This document shows positions 55,878 through 64,000 of a stretch of DNA of 64,000 nucleotides, piece by piece. The stretch spans positions 2,402 to 66,401 of the forward strand of contig NZ_DATCWX010000255.1 in the NCBI RefSeq assembly GCF_036566125.1, written 5' to 3'. The position numbers and the translations under genes were made by a program. This stretch comes from Intrasporangium sp. Its GTDB lineage: Bacteria > Actinomycetota > Actinomycetes > Actinomycetales > Dermatophilaceae. The notes beneath the pieces were generated by a model. That model saw nothing but the letters and a program-made list of their open reading frames with translations. It made no database searches and was not told the origin of the DNA. The stretch's first letter is position 1. Each line of letters starts with the position of its first letter.

Positions 55878-56911
55878 GTGAAGTGAAGCTCTCGGGCGTG
55901 TCGAAGGCCTTCGGCTCGACGACTGCGCTGACCGACGTGGACCTCACCGTGTCCTCGGGTGAACTGACGGCGGTCCTCGGTCCATCCGGTTGCGGCAAGA
56001 CCACGCTGCTGCGGATCGTTGCCGGGTTCATCCGTCCCGACCGCGGCCGGGTCGAGATCGACGGTCGCGCGGTCGTGGACGAGCTCACCGTCGTCCCGCC
56101 CGAGCGGCGCGGCGTGGCCGTCGTGCCGCAGGAGGGCGCGCTCTTCCCGCACCTCGACGTCGCCCGGAACATCGGCTACGGGCTGCCCCGCTCGGGTCAG
56201 GGCCGGCGACGCGTCGACGAGATGCTCGAGCTCGTCGGGCTCGGAGGACTCGGCACGCGCCGGCCCGACCAGCTCTCCGGCGGGCAGCAGCAGCGGGTCG
56301 CCCTGGCGCGGGCGCTCGCCCCCAGCCCCCGCGTCGTGGTCCTCGACGAGCCGTTCTCCGCCCTCGACGCCGGCCTGCGTGCACAGGTCCGCGACGAGGT
56401 GAGCCAGGTGCTGCGGGCCATCGACGCCACGGCGATCATCGTGACGCACGACCAGGAGGAGGCCCTGTCCATGGCCGACTCGGTCGCCGTGATGGAGGCG
56501 GGCCGGCTCGTCATGCACGGCAGCCCGACGGAGGTCTACTACCGACCCACCGACCTCGATGTCGCCCGCTTCGTCGGTGACCTCGTCGAGCTGCCCGGCA
56601 CCAAGGCCGGCCACACGGTCGACACGGTCCTCGGCCGGCTCCCGATCCACGGCAGCGTGCTGCCTGCCGACGGCCCGGTCCTCGCGGTCGTCCGCCCGGA
56701 GCAGATCCGGGTCGACGCCCGGGTCGAGCGCGGAGCCACGGGCGCCCATGTCGATGACGTCAGCTTCTTCGGGCACGACGCCCTGGCCCGCCTGACCGTC
56801 CGGTCCGGCGACGTCCCGATCCGGGTCCTCGCGCGGACGGTCGCACCGCTCCAGCGCGGTGACGACGTCGCCATCCGCGTCATCGGCCCGGCCCTCGTCT
56901 ACCCCACCTGA
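55874..56911 (+). CDS. ABC transporter ATP-binding protein (FbpC-like)
   Basis: GTGA overlap with the permease stop. Walker A GPSGCGKTT, signature LSGGQQQRVALARAL and Walker B VVVLDEPFS. Confidence 0.9.
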   Translation: MSEVKLSGVSKAFGSTTALTDVDLTVSSGELTAVLGPSGCGKTTLLRIVAGFIRPDRGRVEIDGRAVVDELTVVPPERRGVAVVPQEGALFPHLDVARNIGYGLPRSGQGRRRVDEMLELVGLGGLGTRRPDQLSGGQQQRVALARALAPSPRVVVLDEPFSALDAGLRAQVRDEVSQVLRAIDATAIIVTHDQEEALSMADSVAVMEAGRLVMHGSPTEVYYRPTDLDVARFVGDLVELPGTKAGHTVDTVLGRLPIHGSVLPADGPVLAVVRPEQIRVDARVERGATGAHVDDVSFFGHDALARLTVRSGDVPIRVLARTVAPLQRGDDVAIRVIGPALVYPT

Positions 56912-56923
56912 CCCCGACTCACC

Positions 56924-56998
56924 CGCAACACACCCGCTTGTCGACTGCTCAGGCCGACTGCAGCAGGCCCGGGCAGTCGATAAGCGGGTGTGTTGCGG
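56924..56998 (+). repeat. long-stem hairpin element, copy A
   Basis: 26-bp stem CCGCAACACACCCGCTTGTCGACTGC / GCAGTCGATAAGCGGGTGTGTTGCGG with one G-T pair. The 23-nt loop contains CTGCAGCAGGC. Confidence 0.85.
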
Positions 56999-57016
56999 AA
57001 GGGGTTGGTGGGTGGG

Positions 57017-57370
57017 TCACTCGAGCCATTCGGTGACGAACTCGTCGTTGGCGTGGATGTGCACGGCCTCGTAGCCCTCGGGGCCGGTCCGGAAGCGGTG
57101 CGGTGTCTGCGCCGGGACGACGAGGACCTGGCCACCGCGGCCGGTGATGTGGCGCGCGTCTTCGCCGACACCGACGGTGAAGGTCGCCGAGCCGCGGCGG
57201 ATGATGAACGTTTCCGCGTAGGGATGCCGGTGCAGCCTCGGCCCGACGCCTTCCTTTGTGGTCGACTCGAGGATGATCGAGATGCCGGCGCCGCCGGGAA
57301 GACGCTCGTAGTTCTCGGTCCACTCCTCGCCGTCCTCGCGGCCGTCGGATCGGGTGATGAGGGTCTCCAT
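57017..57370 (-). CDS. cupin domain protein
   Basis: 117 aa with the two-motif cupin signature (GPRLHRHPYAETFII ... VPAQTPHRF). Confidence 0.8.
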   Translation of the reverse strand: METLITRSDGREDGEEWTENYERLPGGAGISIILESTTKEGVGPRLHRHPYAETFIIRRGSATFTVGVGEDARHITGRGGQVLVVPAQTPHRFRTGPEGYEAVHIHANDEFVTEWLE

Positions 57371-57447
57371 GAGCTGCCTCCCGGGTCGGTGCGTCGTTCA
57401 CTAGCCAACGTGTCACGCCTACGTCGACCGGCTCCACCACTTTTCGA

Positions 57448-57521
57448 CGCAACACACCCGCTTGCCGAGTGCTCGACCGTGCTGCAGCAGGCACCACCAC
57501 GCGGCAAGCGGGTGTGTTGCG
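57448..57521 (+). repeat. long-stem hairpin element, copy B
   Basis: 20-bp perfect stem CGCAACACACCCGCTTGCCG / CGGCAAGCGGGTGTGTTGCG. The loop again contains CTGCAGCAGGC. Same orientation as copy A. Confidence 0.85.
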
Positions 57522-57569
57522 GGGGACGGGGAGGGCGCGTGAGGGCACGCGGGCCGTGGGAGCCAGCCC

Positions 57570-57579
57570 AGCGGCATAC
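57570..57579 (+). repeat. CAGCGGCATAC dispersed repeat copy
   Basis: gggagccagcccAGCGGCATACgtg. Intergenic, upstream of lepA and 49 nt after hairpin B. Confidence 0.85.
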
Positions 57580-57662
57580 GTGAAAATGCGGTTCGGAAAG
57601 CATGGGAGGATTGGCTGATCCCACCGCCCCCCAAGACCCAACTCTGCGAGGTTCTCTCCACC

Positions 57663-59513
<1,851 letters not shown>

Positions 59514-59693
59514 CGCCACTCGCCGACAACCCGCGCCGTTACGGTGGGGTGGCGCCGCCCCACGCCGAGCACCACGAGCACGCCGTCGCCGGCGGGAAGC
59601 CCGCTCGGCGAAGAAAGGCGGACGTTCGACCCTAGCCTCACCGTCCCAGCAGCCGTGCACTGGAAGTGAAGGGATTCGAGGATAGGAGGAGCC

Positions 59694-60656
59694 ATGAAGG
59701 CCAAGCGACAGCGTGCGATGCGGATGTGGGTGGGCGTCCTCGCTGTAGCCCTCGTGGCTCTGGCAGGATGCGGGAGATCGCCGGGCACGCCGGGGACGAC
59801 GGGTACCGCTGCGCCCACCTCCACGTCGAGCTCCCCGACGACGGAACCCACACCGGAACCGACAACGACAACATCGGAGCCGACGACTCCGACCTCACCG
59901 CGGCCGACAACCTCGCCAACGACCCGCACGACGCTGAGCGGGATGCCGGTGTACTTCGTCGGCGAGTCGCAGGGGCACTTCAAGCTCTTCCGCGAGTTCC
60001 GCACGATTCGCAAGATCGACGGGCCGATCTCGTCGTCCATCTCCGCGATGATGCGGCTCACTCCGCTGGACCCGGAGTACTTCAACCCGTGGCGTTCGGC
60101 CTCCCGGGTCCGGGTGACTGAGGACGCCGCCACTCTCATGGTGGACGTGTCGGCCGATGCTTTCCGCAACACCACCGTCGGCAAGGAGCTGGCTCCGGTG
60201 GCGATTCAACAGCTCGTCTACACCGCGCTCGCTGCGAGCGAGCGCGCCGGAAGCGACGCGCATTCCGTGGTCATCACGGTCGGCGGCCAGCGGTATGACG
60301 CCTGGGGTCTCGTCCATCTCGAAGGGCGCTGGGAGCGCGCACCACGGGCCGAGGTGCAGGCGCAGGCCTGGGTCGTGAACCCCCAGGAGGGTGCCGTCGT
60401 CCGTGCCGGCCTGGTCAACTTCACCGGCTACGGAACCTCGTTCGAGGGGACCTTCACGTGGAAGGTCCATGGCCTAGACGTGCGGGTCGAGAAGCGCGGA
60501 ACCGCGATGGGCGGCTCGATGGGAACATTTGGGACGGTGCGGTTCTCGGCGAAGCTGCCTCCGGGCAAGTACGTGGTGGAGCTCGCCACCGATGACCCGT
60601 CAGGCGGGGAGGGACCCGGACCGGCGGTGGATACCAAGCAGTTCACCGTGAGGTGA
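59694..60656 (+). CDS. lipoprotein with a Thr/Pro-rich linker, a GerMN-like domain and an Ig-like (Gmad2-type) domain
   Basis: Lipobox LALAGC|G, low-complexity TTEPTPEPTTTTSEPTTPTSP, then VYFVGESQGHFKLFRE. The domain names are recalled, not searched. Confidence 0.6.
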   Translation: MKAKRQRAMRMWVGVLAVALVALAGCGRSPGTPGTTGTAAPTSTSSSPTTEPTPEPTTTTSEPTTPTSPRPTTSPTTRTTLSGMPVYFVGESQGHFKLFREFRTIRKIDGPISSSISAMMRLTPLDPEYFNPWRSASRVRVTEDAATLMVDVSADAFRNTTVGKELAPVAIQQLVYTALAASERAGSDAHSVVITVGGQRYDAWGLVHLEGRWERAPRAEVQAQAWVVNPQEGAVVRAGLVNFTGYGTSFEGTFTWKVHGLDVRVEKRGTAMGGSMGTFGTVRFSAKLPPGKYVVELATDDPSGGEGPGPAVDTKQFTVR

Positions 60657-60660
60657 GCCG

Positions 60661-60688
60661 ATCGGTTCGAGGTAATCGGTTCGAGGTT
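60661..60688. repeat. 14-nt tandem duplication with a downstream complementary arm
   Basis: ATCGGTTCGAGGTA ATCGGTTCGAGGTT. CCTCGAACC at 60717-60725 can pair with either unit. Lies in a convergent intergenic gap. Confidence 0.7.
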
Positions 60689-60745
60689 GAAGTCCGCTGC
60701 ATGGAGCCGTGGAATACCTCGAACCGGGTCGAGGGGGCGGCAGGC

Positions 60746-61561
60746 TCAGCCGAGGAGCTTGAGGCGCATCCGGTCGGTGTCCGACTGGGTCCAGCCCTGG
60801 CTGCTCAGCCAACCGTGGACGCCGCCGTAGCGCGCCTCGAGTGCGCCCAGCAGCATCCGCATCGTCTCGGTCGTCGGTGACTGCTGCGCCACCGTCTTGT
60901 CCTTCATGTTCTCGGCATAGGCGGGCCTGAGGCGCAGCCGCTCGAGGATCAGCGGGACCTTCTGCGCCGACGCGGCGAAGTCAGCGATGACCACGTCATC
61001 CGGCACTCCGACGATCTTCAGGGCGAGCCCGACGATCGTGCCGGTCCGGTCCTTGCCGGCGGCGCAGTGGACGATGGCCGCGCCTTCGCTGCCAGCGATG
61101 GCGTGCAGCGCGGCGACGACGGAGTCCGGGCGGGTCGACAGATAGGACAGGTAGTGCTCGGACCAGAACTCGTCGTGGCTGCGCCCGCGCTTCTCGCGCT
61201 CCCCACGCCGGACTGCAGCCTTGGCCTCATCCCGCTCCCACGGCAGGGCGCGCTCGGCCGCCGGGATGCCCGACTCGTGGGTGTCCTCGCGGTAGAGGGT
61301 GAAGTGGTGGTGGCGCACGCGCGTGGCGCGGAGCGGTCCGTCTCCCTCCTTGGCCACCTCGACGTGGGTGCGCAGGTCGACGACGTCGGTGACGCCGTAC
61401 TCCTCGAGCAGCGCCGTGACGGAGCGCTCTGCCAGATCCTGCAGGTTGTCGGACCGCAGCAGGCGGCGTGGGCGGACGACGTCGCCACCCGCAGTCGGCA
61501 GGCCGCCGAGGTCGCGCATGTTGACGACGCCGCTCAGGTCGATCCAGCTTGGTTGGTACAC
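60746..61561 (-). CDS. protein-tyrosine phosphatase (Y_phosphatase3-like)
   Basis: CX5R active-site loop HCAAGKDRTG, plus NMRDLGG near the N-terminus. Confidence 0.8.
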   Translation of the reverse strand: MYQPSWIDLSGVVNMRDLGGLPTAGGDVVRPRRLLRSDNLQDLAERSVTALLEEYGVTDVVDLRTHVEVAKEGDGPLRATRVRHHHFTLYREDTHESGIPAAERALPWERDEAKAAVRRGEREKRGRSHDEFWSEHYLSYLSTRPDSVVAALHAIAGSEGAAIVHCAAGKDRTGTIVGLALKIVGVPDDVVIADFAASAQKVPLILERLRLRPAYAENMKDKTVAQQSPTTETMRMLLGALEARYGGVHGWLSSQGWTQSDTDRMRLKLLG

Positions 61562-61573
61562 CCTTACGACGAT

Positions 61574-61636
61574 AAGCGATCTGGATTAATCGCTTGCCTC
61601 GCCCTCATGACCACCAGATATCTTGACATCAAGATA
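61574..61636. promoter_or_regulatory. two operator-like inverted repeats in an AT-rich divergent promoter region
   Basis: AAGCGAT-ctggatta-ATCGCTT (61574-61595) and TATCTTGA-CA-TCAAGATA (61619-61636). The second ends 19 nt before the MFS ATG. Confidence 0.45.
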
Positions 61637-61654
61637 CTTAAGGGAGGCGAGGCG

Positions 61655-62917
61655 ATGACGACGACTGCGGACGCGAGCCAGGGCGAGAAGCTCACCCACC
61701 GAGGGATTCCCGTCGACCCGGACCTGCGGGTCCTCGCTCTCAGCTCGTTCGCAAACCGGTTCGGCGCGGGGGCCGTCCTGACGACCAGCGCGCTCTACTT
61801 CACCCGGCAGGTCGGCTTCAGCCCCACCGAGGTCGCCCTCGCCATGTCCGTGGGGGCCCTCGTCGGAATCGTCGTGCAGGTCCCCGCGGGCCATCTCGGT
61901 GACACCCGCGGTCCGCGAGAGATGCTCACCCTCTTCATGACCGGTGCGGCGCTGTTCAGCGCCCCGCCCGTGTTCGCCCGGTCTCCGCTGGTGCTCGCCG
62001 TCCTGCTCGGTGTGCTCGCGTTCTTCGAGCGGGGCGCCGGCGCAGTCAACCAGGGCGTCATCGCTCAGCTCGCGACAGGTGGCCGGGGTGTGCTCTTCAA
62101 GGCCTACCTGCGAGCCGTGACCAACTCCGCCCTCGGGCTGGGCTCCGTCTTCGGTGGTCTCGCCCTCATCGTCGACGAGGCGTGGGCCTATGTGGCGGTC
62201 TTCGTGCTCAACGCGGTCTTCACGGCCTTCGCGGCGTGGAACACTACCCGGCTGCCGCACCTGCCGCCGCACGAGAGGGCCGCGGGCGAGCCCCGCCTCG
62301 CGGTCCTGCGCGACTGGCCGTACGTCGTCGTCACCGCCCTGACCGGGCTCTACGCCCTGCACTTCTTCGTCATGGAGCTCGGCCTGGCCCTGTACATCTC
62401 CGAGCACACCGAGGCTCCAACGGTCATGGTCGCGGTGCTCCTCATCGTCAACACCGCGATGGTCGCGCTGTTCCAGGTGCGCTTCTCGCGGCGGTCCGAC
62501 TCCGTGGAAGCCGGCGCGAAGGCTCTCGTGCGCGGATCCCTCTGGATCGCAGCCGGGTTCGCCATCGTCGCCGTCGCGGATCGGGGCAGCTACTGGATCG
62601 CCATCGCCGTGCTCGTCGCCGGGTCGCTGGTCCACGTCGTCGGCGAGATGATCGGCTCCGGAGGCCAGTGGGGCCTGCAGCTCGGTCTCGCCCCGCACGA
62701 GCGGCAGGGGCAGTACCAGGGCTTCGCCGGCCTGGGGTTCTCGGTCATGGCGGTCATCGGCCCGCCGATCGTGACGTTCTTCTGCGTCGAGCAGGGCGAG
62801 CGCGGGTGGCTCATGCTCGCCGGCATCATGGTCGGCATCGCGCTCGTCAGCGTCCCTGCGGCCCGGTGGGCGCTCGCGTCGCGGGCCAGCTACGGCGTCA
62901 CGACGCACTCGGGATGA
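61655..62917 (+). CDS. MFS transporter
   Basis: AAGGGAGG Shine-Dalgarno upstream of ATG 61655. ~12 TM helices over 420 aa. The 5' part of the 61067 ORF is antisense to the phosphatase gene. Confidence 0.8.
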   Translation: MTTTADASQGEKLTHRGIPVDPDLRVLALSSFANRFGAGAVLTTSALYFTRQVGFSPTEVALAMSVGALVGIVVQVPAGHLGDTRGPREMLTLFMTGAALFSAPPVFARSPLVLAVLLGVLAFFERGAGAVNQGVIAQLATGGRGVLFKAYLRAVTNSALGLGSVFGGLALIVDEAWAYVAVFVLNAVFTAFAAWNTTRLPHLPPHERAAGEPRLAVLRDWPYVVVTALTGLYALHFFVMELGLALYISEHTEAPTVMVAVLLIVNTAMVALFQVRFSRRSDSVEAGAKALVRGSLWIAAGFAIVAVADRGSYWIAIAVLVAGSLVHVVGEMIGSGGQWGLQLGLAPHERQGQYQGFAGLGFSVMAVIGPPIVTFFCVEQGERGWLMLAGIMVGIALVSVPAARWALASRASYGVTTHSG

Positions 62918-62971
62918 CCTTCCGGCGGGTGCGCGCGTCCAGCGGGTGCCCTGCCGCCTGAGACAATGGCC

Positions 62972-62981
62972 GTATGCCGCC
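62972..62981 (-). repeat. dispersed repeat, 9/10 variant
   Basis: atggccGTATGCCGCCcagctcgctcc. Overlaps the hemW start codon. Confidence 0.5.
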
Positions 62982-64000
62982 CAGCTCGCTCCCCGACGGA
63001 GACGCTCCGCCCGCGTCGGGCGAGCTCCCGAGCTCGGCCCTGGCGGGCCTCGCCACGACTGACCTGGGCATCTACGTGCACGTGCCGTTCTGCCGTGTCC
63101 GGTGCGGCTACTGCGACTTCAACACCTACACGCTGACCGAGCTTGCCGCCCGGGACGGGTCAGGGCCGTCGATCGGTCTCGACACCTATGCCGATGCCGC
63201 GCTCGCGGAGCTCGACCTGGCCCGCTCCGTGCTTGGGGGCGAGCCGCCCACTGTCTCAACGGTCTTCGTTGGTGGTGGAACTCCGACGATGCTGAGGTCA
63301 CGTGACCTCGTGAGGGTACTCAGCGGCATACGGACTCGTTTTGGGCTTGCACCCGACGCGGAGGTCACGACGGAGGCCAACCCCGACTCCGTGACGCCGG
63401 AGTCGCTGGCCGAGCTCGCGGCCGGAGGCTTCACCCGCGTCTCGCTCGGGATGCAGTCCGCGGTCCCGCACGTGCTCGCGACCCTCGAGCGGACCCATGA
63501 CCCCGACAACGTCGCGCGCGCGGTCGATGCGGTCCGAGCGGCCGGGATGCAGGTCAGCGTGGACCTCATCTACGGGACGCCGGGGGAGTCGCTCGACGAC
63601 TGGCGGCGGAGCCTCGACGTGGCCATCGCGCTGGAACCGGACCACATCTCCGCCTACGCGCTCGTCGTCGAGGAGGGGACCAAGCTGGCCGCCCAGGTGC
63701 GGCGTGGCCAGGTCCCGATGCCGGAGGACGACGACGAGGCGGACAAGTACGAGTTCGCGGACGAGGTGCTGTCGGCGGCCGGCTACGACTGGTACGAGGT
63801 GAGCAACTGGGCCAGGTCGGAGCAGGCCCGATGCCGGCACAACGTCGCCTACTGGTCAGGCGCGAACTGGTGGGGGATCGGTCCGGGTGCGCACAGCCAC
63901 GTCGGGGGTGTGCGGTGGTGGAACGTCAAGCACCCCGCTGCCTACGCGGCCAGGTTGGCGACCGGACAGTCGCCGGCGCAGGGCCGGGAGACGCTGACCG
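62974..64000 (+). CDS. hemW: radical SAM heme chaperone HemW (HemN-like), 3' end outside window
   Basis: GIYVHVPFCRVRCGYCDFNT radical-SAM cluster motif, GGGTPTML and SLGMQS. The frame is open to the window end. Confidence 0.85.
   Translation, partial: MPPSSLPDGDAPPASGELPSSALAGLATTDLGIYVHVPFCRVRCGYCDFNTYTLTELAARDGSGPSIGLDTYADAALAELDLARSVLGGEPPTVSTVFVGGGTPTMLRSRDLVRVLSGIRTRFGLAPDAEVTTEANPDSVTPESLAELAAGGFTRVSLGMQSAVPHVLATLERTHDPDNVARAVDAVRAAGMQVSVDLIYGTPGESLDDWRRSLDVAIALEPDHISAYALVVEEGTKLAAQVRRGQVPMPEDDDEADKYEFADEVLSAAGYDWYEVSNWARSEQARCRHNVAYWSGANWWGIGPGAHSHVGGVRWWNVKHPAAYAARLATGQSPAQGRETLT
63322..63331 (+). repeat. CAGCGGCATAC dispersed repeat copy
   Basis: agggtactcAGCGGCATACggac. Inside hemW, read as L-S-G-I(ATA)-R-T. 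Confidence 0.8.

Noticed and set aside
56924-57521. Integron attC sites / CALIN interpretation of the two hairpins around the cupin gene.
   Set aside because: The stem ends (CCGCAAC ... GTTGCGG) do not fit the RYYYAAC / GTTRRRY core sites. No extrahelical-base pattern is obvious, no integrase is nearby, and only two copies are seen. This is kept only as a generic analogy in the finding.

Overview
This is a high-G+C, gene-dense chromosomal core segment with typical actinobacterial (Actinomycetota) synteny. The gene order is: pnp 3' end, dapB, paaABCDE, thyA-folA, dapA-rnj, ftsK, rimO-pgsA-cinA-clgR, DUF3046-macro-recA-recX, miaB-def-miaA, arsR-sulP, dapF, hflX, panE-fhs, a dinG-like helicase, holA-rpsT, an iron ABC transporter, lepA, hemW 5' end. 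I found no rRNA, tRNA, CRISPR array, transposase or prophage genes. Most long antisense ORFs in the six-frame track are high-GC artefacts. Six things stand out. (1) A short oligomer with core CAGCGGCATAC and extended consensus about GAGCSAGCYCAGCGGCATACGGCAT occurs about 24 times in 64 kb. It lies in both orientations, in spacers and inside conserved genes, and once as a perfect 30-nt inverted pair just after hflX. This resembles an uptake-signal, Chi or REP type of genome-wide repeat and I cannot assign it to a known family. (2) recA is interrupted by two LAGLIDADG inteins, one inside the Walker A P-loop and one at the GVMFG|SPETTTGG site. (3) A SAM-IV riboswitch precedes a class V aminotransferase. 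(4) Two direct copies of a ~75-nt long-stem hairpin element bracket a small cupin gene. (5) A second hairpin family, core GATCGAGTGAACAGCTTTTGGG, lies 3' of four plus-strand genes. (6) A translationally coupled DUF3046-macro domain pair sits upstream of a LexA-box recA. All calls come from reading the sequence and from recalled family motifs. No searches were run.
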